Below are positions 36,164-45,088 of a stretch of DNA of 64,000 nucleotides, in pieces. This DNA comes from Candidatus Latescibacterota bacterium (GTDB taxonomy: Bacteria > Latescibacterota > UBA2968 > GCA-2709665): the NCBI GenBank assembly GCA_965203805.1, contig OZ241917.1, positions 224,001 to 288,000 on the forward strand, given 5' to 3'. How positions within the stretch are numbered: the first letter of the stretch is position 1; every line of letters begins with the position of its first letter. The position numbers and the translations under genes are program-made. The notes below the pieces were generated by a model that was given only the letters and a program-made list of their open reading frames with translations, was not told where the DNA came from and made no database searches.

Positions 36164-39093
36164 AAATTCAGCGAATCATTATCAAGAATCTGAATTCACT
36201 TCGTGGCCCACACACCATTGATTTCACCGATGAACCTCTGGCAACAGCAGGTCTGTTTGCGATTACGGGAGCCACGGGCGCCGGCAAGTCCACGATACTG
36301 GATGCTATAACGCTCGCCCTCTACGGTCGCGCCGCTCGTTACGGCACCCAGACCAATCCGGAAGACATGATGAGCCGCCATTGCGGCGAATGTTCTGCCG
36401 AAGTCGAATTCGAGGTCTCCACGGGACAATACCGGGCCGAATGGAAACTCCGTCGAGCGCGAGGCAAGTCGGGCGGAAAGATACAGGCGCCAAGGCGCTA
36501 CATCTACGATGCGGACGGCATTGTAATTGCTCAACAGGTACGTGATTGCGACGTTCGAGTTGTCGAACTGACAGGACTCGATTATGACCGATTCGTGAGA
36601 AGCGTTATGCTCGCGCAGGGCGAGTTCGCGCGGTTCCTGAAAGCCAGTGCAAATGAACGCGCTGAGTTACTGGAGTCCCTGACTGCAACCTCGATATATT
36701 CAGAACTGGGCATCCTCACATTCAGGGAAGCAACACGCCGAGAAATTGAACTCAATGCCATAAAACAGGCGCTGGAGCATATTGAGACCCTTGAGGATGA
36801 AGAGCGTAAGGAGATCGACGAGAGCATCGTCGCGTTGCAAACGGAAAGATCCGTGGTTGAAAAGCGCCTCGATAAACAAACCGAAATTGCCGCAAAAATC
36901 GATGCCCTGGAATCGGCGTTAACTCGACAGACGAAAATAACCGAGGACTTGGGAGTCTTGGAAGTACGTAGGAACGAGACTGAATCTGATTTGACACGTC
37001 TCGAACGACATCGCAAGACCGCCCCATTTCAGGACGATCTCATTCGTCTGGATAATGCGGAGGTTGCCGCGCGGATGCGCGAAGAACAGAGACGGGAAGC
37101 GCAACGCGTGCGTGAAATAGGATACCAACAACGCCTGCAGGCAAAACTGGACTACTTCCGGACATTAAAAAACAAAATCGGCAAACTCGAACTGACAATT
37201 CACGGCGCCGACGTACTGGCCCGTAATGCGGGAGAAACTCTTGATGCAGAAAGGGAGTGGTTGGAGACCCACGCAATCGACGCACACCTTTCAGATGGCA
37301 TTGCTGATTTGGCCGTGGAATTGACTGAGTTACGAGCCAAACGCGCGACACTTCGACGGGAGTGGGGGCAATTAAACGACATAACACAGGTATTGAGTGC
37401 CCAGTTCGACTTGCCTGTGGTGCCTCAGATTGAGGGAGAAGAGGAACTGAAGAAGGTACTGAATAGAGTTGCGCGACGATTGGCGCGAGAACAAACCGGT
37501 GCCGAAGCCGAACGTTCATCCGCCGAGGACGATCTCGGGCTTCGGAGAGATCATTTGCACAAGGCTCGATTGATTGCAGACCACGAGACACATCGCGCTA
37601 ACCTTGTCGATGGAGATCCATGCCCGCTTTGCGGCGCAACCGAGCATCCTTACGCGAAAGGGCGCGAGCCAACGTTTCCGTTCGCAGAACTGGAAGCGGA
37701 AGTCGGCAGAGCAACAGAAACCCTTGACGCCCGGACCCAACGTATCTCGAAACTATGCGGCGCGCGTGAGACGCTGAGTTCCCAACAGTCCGTCGTCATA
37801 GATGCCTTTCGTGCCCGGTCTGAATGTGAGGCGCAGCTTTCAAAGCGTCTTTGTCTCTTTGACGTCGGATTGCCGGGTGAAGGGCAGGAGGACGAGACAA
37901 GAAAGACCCTTCAAGGCCGAGAAAAGGAATTCCAGACCCACCGGGAGAATCTCCACAATGCCGAGCAGGCAGTTACTCGTGCGAGAGAAGACGGTAATAA
38001 CGCCCGGGAATTATTCGAAAAAATGACACGAGAAGTTCAGCAACTCGGCGAATGCGATGCCGGGCAACTTGAAATCGAAGACGATGTCGAAGAGTCCCTC
38101 AATGTAGAGGAAGCAGAAAAGGCCTGGCTGGAAAAAGAGACCGCATGTAAAATTCACGACTCTGAACTCGAGACCCGGGTAAGAGAAGCGCATGCCGCTG
38201 GAACATCGCTGCGGAAATCTCGAGAAGCGCTTGAGTTCTGTTTGGCGGGATCGGCTTTCCGCGACCTGGATGAACTGCGCGCCGCAAGGTTGGATCACGA
38301 AGAAGCATCCGGCATTGAACAGATTGAAGTCGATCTCAGAAATCGTGAGCGCGATTTGACAACCCGTCTGAACGTAGCCAAGGAGGAGGCCGAATCCCTT
38401 AGAAACGCAGGAATTCCTGAAGGCGAAAATGCTGTTCGGTTTAAAGCGGAATTCGAAGAATTCCGTAAGTCCAGAGATACGCTGATCGAGCAGTTGAAAG
38501 ACTTGCAAATCCGGATTGAATTGGACGACGAAAACCGTAAAAAACTCGCGGATCAGCAGGAACTGCTGGCTGCGGCAAGAAAGGAAGCGGTGATTTGGAA
38601 CCGTATGCGAGGGCTGATCGGTTCCCACGATGGCGCGAAATTCCGCAAATTTGCACAGAGTATCTCTCTGGACGTTCTCATCCGCCACGCGAATCGACAT
38701 CTGGGTCGGCTGAGCGATCGGTACCGGATTCGGCGGTTCACGGGTGAGGAGCTTCAGCTCGAGATTGAGGACCTGCACCAGGCGGGAGCTACACGTCCGA
38801 TGGCCAGTCTCTCCGGCGGCGAGAGTTTTCTGGCCAGTCTGGCCCTGGCTCTCGGCCTGTCGGAACTAGCGGGACGCAACGTAAGGATCGATTCGCTCTT
38901 TATCGACGAAGGATTTGGCAGCCTGGATTCCGACGTTCTGGATCTCGCCATTGGAACTCTTGAAGCATTGCACCAGCACAACAAGAGCGTGGGCGTCATT
39001 TCGCATGTAGAGCTACTTAAGCAGCGTATCGCAACGCAAATCCGAGTAATAAAACAAACGGCCGGCGAGAGTACCCTGAAAGTCGAATCCTGA
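36160..39093 (+). CDS. sbcC: Exonuclease SbcCD subunit C
   Basis: NLNSL, GATGAGKS, LAQGEF, zinc hook CPLCG, LSGGE, FIDEGFGSLD. ATGA overlap with sbcD. Confidence 0.95.
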   Translation: MKIQRIIIKNLNSLRGPHTIDFTDEPLATAGLFAITGATGAGKSTILDAITLALYGRAARYGTQTNPEDMMSRHCGECSAEVEFEVSTGQYRAEWKLRRARGKSGGKIQAPRRYIYDADGIVIAQQVRDCDVRVVELTGLDYDRFVRSVMLAQGEFARFLKASANERAELLESLTATSIYSELGILTFREATRREIELNAIKQALEHIETLEDEERKEIDESIVALQTERSVVEKRLDKQTEIAAKIDALESALTRQTKITEDLGVLEVRRNETESDLTRLERHRKTAPFQDDLIRLDNAEVAARMREEQRREAQRVREIGYQQRLQAKLDYFRTLKNKIGKLELTIHGADVLARNAGETLDAEREWLETHAIDAHLSDGIADLAVELTELRAKRATLRREWGQLNDITQVLSAQFDLPVVPQIEGEEELKKVLNRVARRLAREQTGAEAERSSAEDDLGLRRDHLHKARLIADHETHRANLVDGDPCPLCGATEHPYAKGREPTFPFAELEAEVGRATETLDARTQRISKLCGARETLSSQQSVVIDAFRARSECEAQLSKRLCLFDVGLPGEGQEDETRKTLQGREKEFQTHRENLHNAEQAVTRAREDGNNARELFEKMTREVQQLGECDAGQLEIEDDVEESLNVEEAEKAWLEKETACKIHDSELETRVREAHAAGTSLRKSREALEFCLAGSAFRDLDELRAARLDHEEASGIEQIEVDLRNRERDLTTRLNVAKEEAESLRNAGIPEGENAVRFKAEFEEFRKSRDTLIEQLKDLQIRIELDDENRKKLADQQELLAAARKEAVIWNRMRGLIGSHDGAKFRKFAQSISLDVLIRHANRHLGRLSDRYRIRRFTGEELQLEIEDLHQAGATRPMASLSGGESFLASLALALGLSELAGRNVRIDSLFIDEGFGSLDSDVLDLAIGTLEALHQHNKSVGVISHVELLKQRIATQIRVIKQTAGESTLKVES

Positions 39094-39397
39094 TCGGCCC
39101 AGGTCCAACTTGATTAATGGCTTATGCCGCCGATTTCTCGTTTCGACGACTCTGGATATACCTGGCGACGCGCAAGCTGAGGCCCCGGCCGAGCGATCAG
39201 CTTGAGATGGTAGAACGCCCAAGCGGCTTGCGCCATTGCGCGAAATGCTTGTACACGGCCCTGGCGAGTTCAATCTTGATGTGTTCCGTGGTCAGCCCTA
39301 TGATCCGTCGTTACGGAATTGACGTGATTGAAATACACGACAATCGGATGATGTAAAAACGCCGCCTGGATCTACCGACTCTTTTCGGCAAAATGGC

Positions 39398-39426
39398 TTG
39401 ACATGTTGTATCGGCGTACATACTTT
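39398..39426 (+). promoter_or_regulatory. Sigma70-like promoter
   Basis: TTGACA-N17-TACTTT. RBS AAGGAGGCAGGAG before ATG 39,471. Confidence 0.6.
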
Positions 39427-39470
39427 TTTGTGCATCCGACTGAGTCGTTTCCCATGTAAGGAGGCAGGAG

Positions 39471-39998
39471 ATGTCCGCAGTTTTAGATATGTCTTGTGTG
39501 TCGCAGGTCTCTTCGGTCTGGGCGCAGGGCAAAACGCTTCCAATTAGCGGGAAAGATCGGAGAATAAGGGACCTGAAGCAGAGGATGGCCGATTTTCGAG
39601 AACTGTCATCTCGGACAAGAGAAGCTTTGAGCCGGCTTGATTCTCTGACCCTCGAAGCCGTGCGCGAATTGAGAAGGGGATTGGATTTCCTGGAGAAGAA
39701 TCCGGAAGAATATCTGGTTCTGTGCAATGGTGATGCGAAATCTGCAATCGAGGAGATGAACAGCGCAGAATCAGTCGCTAATGAGATAATCGATGAGATC
39801 TACCCGCTATTGGAATTATGCGATGAATTCGATAAGCCGCTATTCGATTCAACCAGGGGTGTCATAGACAATCTTCGATCGCTTGCAGCATTGATTCGAG
39901 AAGTCCGATGGTATGTCACAATCCTTCAAAGGAAAAACGAGCCTGCAACTGGAAGCACCTATTCGGTGGATGAAGCTATCGCCCAACTGCGGGGTTGA
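39471..39998 (+). CDS. Helical hypothetical protein, probable antitoxin
   Basis: Overlaps a RelE-like gene. Acidic, helical, with an antitoxin-like tail GSTYSVDEAIAQL. Confidence 0.55.
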   Translation: MSAVLDMSCVSQVSSVWAQGKTLPISGKDRRIRDLKQRMADFRELSSRTREALSRLDSLTLEAVRELRRGLDFLEKNPEEYLVLCNGDAKSAIEEMNSAESVANEIIDEIYPLLELCDEFDKPLFDSTRGVIDNLRSLAALIREVRWYVTILQRKNEPATGSTYSVDEAIAQLRG

Positions 39999-40309
39999 AT
40001 GTGCATGGGTATCGATTCCCACCCATCGAACGAATTGAGTACCACAATAGTAGCGTCGAAAAATCCGCCAGAAGATTGCCACAAGAAATCAGAAACAACC
40101 TTGGGAGATTTTACAAAGAACTCCAGGAGCGAATTGACCTCCCGGGAAGGAGGCTCAAAAAAATAGACGACGTATGGACCGCCCGCATCGGGAAGAAACA
40201 TCGGATTGGATTTGTAATCGAAGAAAACAAGGTTCGAATTCTATATGTTGAATCTCATGATGAATCCGACAGGTTTTTAAATAGGGTTCGATCCGGAACT
40301 GGCAGATAA
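39995..40309 (+). CDS. RelE/ParE-family toxin
   Basis: ARRLPQEIR...LKKI..VWTARIGKKHRIGF...ILYVESHD. Exact start uncertain. Confidence 0.7.
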   Translation: MNVHGYRFPPIERIEYHNSSVEKSARRLPQEIRNNLGRFYKELQERIDLPGRRLKKIDDVWTARIGKKHRIGFVIEENKVRILYVESHDESDRFLNRVRSGTGR

Positions 40310-40388
40310 CACAGGTAGCTCCAAGAATACCGTCCACTTCCAGAAGGCTTTCGGCAGGCGTTTTTTTTATGTACAGAAATGACGCTTT

Positions 40389-42179
40389 CTACCCCTCATA
40401 CCAACCCGCCTGAAGCGCCCACATCCGTGCGTACTCCCCGTTTCGCGCAACCAGTTCGTCGTGGGTTCCGGTTTCGATCAGCCGCCCTTCGCTGAGGACG
40501 AGAATCCGGTCGCACATCCGTGCCGAGCCCAGCCGGTGAGAGACCACGATCGTGGTGCGTCCGCCGGCCATGGCGAGAAATCGCCGGAAGACGTCTGCCT
40601 CAGCCTTCGGATCGAGGGAAGCGGTCGGTTCGTCGAGCACCACGAGGTCGGCGTCCCGCATGAATCCCCTGGAGATCGCAACCCGCTGCCACTCCCCGCC
40701 GGACAACTCCGTCCCGCCTTCGAACTCCCTGCCGAGAAGAGTCTCGTACCCGTCCGGGAGCCGGCCGGCGACGGCGTCCGCCCCGCCCCGGCGCGCCGCG
40801 CGGTCGATCTCGGCCTGTTCGCGCATCCGCTCCCACCGGCCGAGCCCGATGTTCTCACCCAGGGTGAAGGCGAAACGGGTATGGTCCTGGAAGACCGCCG
40901 TGCACCGGTTCCAGAAGAGATCCCTGTCCGCCCGTTCCGCCGGAATGTCGCCGTAGCGAAGTTCGCCTTCCATCGGTCGGAACAGTCCCAGCAGTACCTT
41001 GACGAGGGTGGTCTTGCCGGACCCGTTCTCGCCGACCAGGGCGACCCGCTCGCCGCGTCGGATAGCCAGGGTGACTCCGCTGAGTGCGTGACGCTTGGCC
41101 TGGGGATATCGGAAGGAGAGGTTCCTGACTTCAATGGTCCGTCCCTCGAGCGATGTGATGGCGGCTTTCCGGGGCGGCTCTTCCGGGCCGAGGTCGAGGT
41201 AAGTGAACAGGTCGGCGATGTTCAACAGTTGGATGGCAAGAAAGCTCATGCGGTTTACGAGGTGGTCAACGCCTGTACGTACCTGACGCAGGGCGACCAG
41301 CATTGCCGCGAACTGTCCGGCGGACAGCCCGCCGGCGAGGACCGTCCACGCCGACCAGCCGACGGCGCCGGCAAATGCCGACAGGCTGACGGCAGACAGG
41401 CAGCCACCGGTAGCGTGATGCCTGCGTCTCTGGCGGTACAGGGGGTTTGCGACCTGCCAGTAGAGGTGGTCCCACCACCTGACCAGGACGGGCGCAATGC
41501 CGAAAATCCTCACCTCTTTGGCGCATTCCCTTTCGGTGAGGATACTCTCCAGATATCCGCGCAGTCGATCCTTCTGCGTCTGCCGGCGTTGCAGGTAGAA
41601 CTCGTGCACGTTATGGTAAAGGCCGGCAAGCGGCGGCGGCAACGAGACGAGGACGATTGCCACGAGCAGGTACGGATCCCAGAACCCGACGACGATGCCC
41701 ACGGAAACCGCGGTCAGCCCTCCGGTCAGGATCCGGTAGATCGCGCCAAGCAGGTTCAAGAAGAAGCCGGGCGTCGCCGCCACCTGTGCGCGGCGCAGCA
41801 GGTCGTGGAAATCGGCCCGCTCGAACACATCCAGACGGAGAGACCGGGACTTGATCTGGAGTTGCTCGAGAAGGCGGTCTTCCATCTCCTGCTTCAGCCG
41901 CTCCAGCAGGATGGTCCGCGACCACGTCCGGAGGCCGGTCTCGACGAGGGTAACGGACGCCCAGCCCGCGAGCCACGGCAGCATCGAATCGACGGGCGCC
42001 AGACCCTGGTAAACACCGACGCCGCGATCGAACAATTCCCTCACGATCCAGACCGTCGCGGCCGGCAGCAGGCCGGACGTGAACTCCAGAACCAGGGACG
42101 TAACCGCCCGCCATGGATCGGTGCGGATCATCCAGCCAAGGAACCGGATGAGGGTCCGGGGCCCGCGAGGACGCAGCAT
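40389..42179 (-). CDS. ABC exporter, fused permease/ATPase subunit
   Basis: TM helices, then GENGSGKT, LSGGEWQR, LDEPTA, SHRL. Start taken at MLRPRG (42,179), below the upstream gene. Confidence 0.9.
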   Translation of the reverse strand: MLRPRGPRTLIRFLGWMIRTDPWRAVTSLVLEFTSGLLPAATVWIVRELFDRGVGVYQGLAPVDSMLPWLAGWASVTLVETGLRTWSRTILLERLKQEMEDRLLEQLQIKSRSLRLDVFERADFHDLLRRAQVAATPGFFLNLLGAIYRILTGGLTAVSVGIVVGFWDPYLLVAIVLVSLPPPLAGLYHNVHEFYLQRRQTQKDRLRGYLESILTERECAKEVRIFGIAPVLVRWWDHLYWQVANPLYRQRRRHHATGGCLSAVSLSAFAGAVGWSAWTVLAGGLSAGQFAAMLVALRQVRTGVDHLVNRMSFLAIQLLNIADLFTYLDLGPEEPPRKAAITSLEGRTIEVRNLSFRYPQAKRHALSGVTLAIRRGERVALVGENGSGKTTLVKVLLGLFRPMEGELRYGDIPAERADRDLFWNRCTAVFQDHTRFAFTLGENIGLGRWERMREQAEIDRAARRGGADAVAGRLPDGYETLLGREFEGGTELSGGEWQRVAISRGFMRDADLVVLDEPTASLDPKAEADVFRRFLAMAGGRTTIVVSHRLGSARMCDRILVLSEGRLIETGTHDELVARNGEYARMWALQAGWYEG

Positions 42180-42193
42180 ATCAGCATCGGTTT

Positions 42194-44110
42194 CTACCTG
42201 TACCACGAAGCCTGTTCCTCCCACATGCGGGCGTAAACGCCCCCGTGAGCCACGAGGTCGTTGTGACATCCGTCCTCGACGATGCGACCCTGGCTCAGTA
42301 CCAGGATGCGATCCGCCATTCGCGCGGAGCCGAGCCGGTGACTGATCAGCAGGGCGGTTCGTCCCTCGAGCAGTTCTGCGAACTGCCGGTAGAGCGCTGC
42401 TTCCGCCACGGGATCGAGGGCGGCGGCCGGCTCGTCGAGGATGAGCAATTCCGGTTCGCGGGTAAACGCGCGGGCGATGGCGATACGCTGCCACTCGCCG
42501 CCGGACAGTCCCTGCCCGCCGTCGAGGACGTGCCCGACAGGGGTATCGTATCCCCCGGGAAGCCGTTCCGCGAGATTGTCGACACCGGCACGCCGCGCCG
42601 CATCCGCGACCGCCGACATGTCCGGTTGCAGCGAGGAAGGCCACAGACCGGCGGCATCCCCATCGCCCGAGCCGCCCACTGTTCCGATACCGATGGATTG
42701 GCCGAGCGTGAACTCGAATCGGCAGTAGTCCTGGAAAGCCGCGCTCACAGCGTCTCCCAGGCTATCCGTGTCTATATCGGCATAGTCCAGGCCGTCGGCA
42801 GTCACGCGCCCGGCAGTGGGCGGATAGAGTCCGAGGAGGATCCTGGCCAGGGTGGACTTGCCGGCGCCGTTGTCGCCGACGAGGGCGACGCGTTCGCCCG
42901 GTACCAGGCGAAGCGTTACCCCGTTCAGCACGGACGGGGCCCTTTCGCCGGAAGCCAACGCCGGGTACGTGAAGTGGACGTTGTCCACGACGAGACCTCC
43001 CCGCAGGGGTCGGGGAAAGACGGCGGCATTCGATTTGCCGTCCGTGCCGGGAGATGCTACCGTTTCCGGTTCACTGCCATCCGGTCGTTCGAAGAACTCC
43101 CTGACGTAACCGACCTCCGCGGAACAAGCCTGCAACGCCCTGGAGCTGAAACCGAGACTGCCTCCTGCGCGCAGCATGTCGCCGACGCCCTGAAAGAGCG
43201 CAACAAATCGTCCGGGCGTGAGGACCCGGTGACCCAGCAGGAACGCGAGGATAACCGCGACGCCAACTCCCACTGCCACGTGAAACCCCGTGGCAGGTAT
43301 GCTCACAAAGACCTGGCGTTGCCGCTGGCCCAGCAGTCGATCCCGCAGTACCTGGCGCATCCTCCGCCAGCGCCCGGTCAACGGCGCGTGCAGGCCGAAC
43401 AACCGCATTTCCTTCTGCTCCGACCGACCCGTCAGGATCCGGTTCACGTACCCGGCACGGCGCTCCTCCGGTGTCTCGCCATAGGTGAATGCCATGAACA
43501 TACGGTTCTGTCGGATCTCCAGGAGGACGAGCGGCGCCAGCGCTCCCAGCAAGGCAACGGAGATCCATATGGAAACCGGCGCGAACATCGATGCCACCGA
43601 GACGGCTGTGACCACGGCCTTGGAGAAATGCAGCGCGGTGGAAAACAGCGCACCGAGCTTGCGTCCCGGATCGCGCGCGCGTTCCAGACGGTCGTACGTC
43701 TCGCTGACGTCGAAGAACAGCAGGGGCAGCCTCGACGACCGTGCCAGGAGGCGGCGGCCCAGAACGTGGGAAAGATCCTGCTCCAGACGCAGGTAGAAGA
43801 CATCGCGCAAATGCCACATCACATCGTCGGTCACCAGCTGGATCAGGCCGAATGCAATCAGCCACGGCAGGATATCGTGAAATCCGGATGGGCCGCCGCC
43901 GGCCGCATCGACGACGGCGTCGACGAGATGTCTGGTCACGTGGATGAGCATCGCCGGCTGTAAGCCGAGGAGGATGTGTATGACAATCAGCCAGAGCGCG
44001 GCCGACCTGCCGTGCACCCGGATGCGGCTCCAGGTCCAGCGCAGGTTGGCGAGAATGGCGCTTGCGCTCTCGCGGCGGTTCCAATATTCGAGATCGGATC
44101 TCGGCGGCAT
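42194..44110 (-). CDS. ABC exporter, fused permease/ATPase subunit (heterodimer partner)
   Basis: TM domain, GDNGAGKS, LSGGEWQR, LDEPAA. Confidence 0.9.
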   Translation of the reverse strand: MPPRSDLEYWNRRESASAILANLRWTWSRIRVHGRSAALWLIVIHILLGLQPAMLIHVTRHLVDAVVDAAGGGPSGFHDILPWLIAFGLIQLVTDDVMWHLRDVFYLRLEQDLSHVLGRRLLARSSRLPLLFFDVSETYDRLERARDPGRKLGALFSTALHFSKAVVTAVSVASMFAPVSIWISVALLGALAPLVLLEIRQNRMFMAFTYGETPEERRAGYVNRILTGRSEQKEMRLFGLHAPLTGRWRRMRQVLRDRLLGQRQRQVFVSIPATGFHVAVGVGVAVILAFLLGHRVLTPGRFVALFQGVGDMLRAGGSLGFSSRALQACSAEVGYVREFFERPDGSEPETVASPGTDGKSNAAVFPRPLRGGLVVDNVHFTYPALASGERAPSVLNGVTLRLVPGERVALVGDNGAGKSTLARILLGLYPPTAGRVTADGLDYADIDTDSLGDAVSAAFQDYCRFEFTLGQSIGIGTVGGSGDGDAAGLWPSSLQPDMSAVADAARRAGVDNLAERLPGGYDTPVGHVLDGGQGLSGGEWQRIAIARAFTREPELLILDEPAAALDPVAEAALYRQFAELLEGRTALLISHRLGSARMADRILVLSQGRIVEDGCHNDLVAHGGVYARMWEEQASWYR

Positions 44111-44243
44111 CGGATGCTCCGGTCGGCTGGCAATGCAAAGGAAGCCTCGTGATTGTCCAGGCGATCGGGAAGATAATGCATCGCGCGAACGAAATCAACA
44201 GCTCTTTTCTACATAAATACATATTTTTAAATAATTTATATGC

Positions 44244-44272
44244 TTGACTTTTGCGCAGTTTTTTGGTATATT
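44244..44272 (+). promoter_or_regulatory. Near-consensus sigma70 promoter
   Basis: TTGACT-N17-TATATT with extended -10 TG and an AT-rich upstream tract. Confidence 0.6.
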
Positions 44273-44288
44273 ATTTACGTGGGAAATC

Positions 44289-44330
44289 AAAGAGGGAGCA
44301 GAAGGCAATCGCCTTCTGCTCCCTCTTTTT
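44289..44330. terminator. Intrinsic terminator, possibly bidirectional
   Basis: Perfect 18-bp stem AAAGAGGGAGCAGAAGGC-AATC-GCCTTCTGCTCCCTCTTT followed by TT. Confidence 0.8.
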
Positions 44331-44453
44331 CGGTAATTTCGATCGAGCTTTTCAACCTTGCACCGCACCGTATCCCAAGTCTGATCAGCCGGGGCACGAT
44401 GTCACACCGACGCGATCACTCGGAGGAACCTGCCGCCTGGAACCGCCGCCGAC

Positions 44454-44711
44454 TCACGATCGTTCACTCAGGAATCGCGTCGCGTAAATGTCCAGCACCT
44501 TTCGAATCATGCTCTGATAGGGTACGCCGTTTTTCCGTGCGTTCGACTTGAAGAAATCGACGCTTCTCTTGTTGAGGTTCAGGGTCACACGCACTGTTTC
44601 CTCTTTCGGGACAAGCTGGTCGGGAGGCGGCAGAAAGTCCGGAATAACAAGGGCCTGTTCAATGGCGTCAGCAATTTCGGCAGGCGCTTTTTCATATTTC
44701 GTACTGTTCAT
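44454..44711 (-). CDS. brnA: BrnA/CopG-like antitoxin
   Basis: DFLPPPDQL...VRVTLNL...VDFFK..A...GVPYQSMIRKVLD. Confidence 0.85.
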   Translation of the reverse strand: MNSTKYEKAPAEIADAIEQALVIPDFLPPPDQLVPKEETVRVTLNLNKRSVDFFKSNARKNGVPYQSMIRKVLDIYATRFLSERS

Positions 44712-44972
44712 AACGCTTCCTTCCTTCTCGCCAATACCCGGCGCGGAATATGCGGATATTGCCTTTACGATACGTAAAACGGACGGTCAAGACCCGATCC
44801 TCAACGCTTCCAAAAAAAAATTCCGTGTTTCCTGAGATGTACTATGTTTGCGGTCGACGGCGACAATACGATCGGGGTCCATAAACGCGAGTTGCGCTTC
44901 GGCGAATGAGACACCGTGTTTGCCCTGGTTGAGGCGGTCCTTTCTGTCATCCCACTCAAAGGCTATATTCAT
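44692..44972 (-). pseudogene. brnT: BrnT toxin, frameshifted in a T9 run
   Basis: FEWDDRKDRLNQGKHGVSFAEAQ...HS..ETR. One added T at 44,812-44,820 restores GSVEDRVLTVRFTYRKGNIRIFRAGYWREGRKRYE. Confidence 0.85.
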
Positions 44973-44994
44973 CCAGTTTCTTATTCGTTAGCGC

Positions 44995-45038
44995 ATTATT
45001 ATACATATAATAATACATATTTTCGTTGCATATGTCAA
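44995..45038 (-). promoter_or_regulatory. brnTA promoter and operator
   Basis: Minus-strand TTGACA-N17-TATTAT, with a perfect inverted repeat ATTATTATA-CA-TATAATAAT (44,995-45,014). Confidence 0.7.
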
Positions 45039-45088
45039 TTTTTCCTTTGCGGCAAATCTGAAAACGAGCTCGCCCACAGCTTGACACC

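Noticed and set aside
9000-40300. Integron cassette array as explanation for the co-oriented modules
   Set aside because: No intI gene and no recurring attC-like structures found by eye.
42180-42644. N-terminal extensions in the ORF track (also for the dipeptidase, TonB receptor, kinase and holA)
   Set aside because: They overlap upstream genes or are low-complexity; downstream starts fit the families better.
40461-43963. Long + strand ORFs (591 and 572 aa)
   Set aside because: Antisense shadows of GC-rich ABC exporter genes; no motifs.
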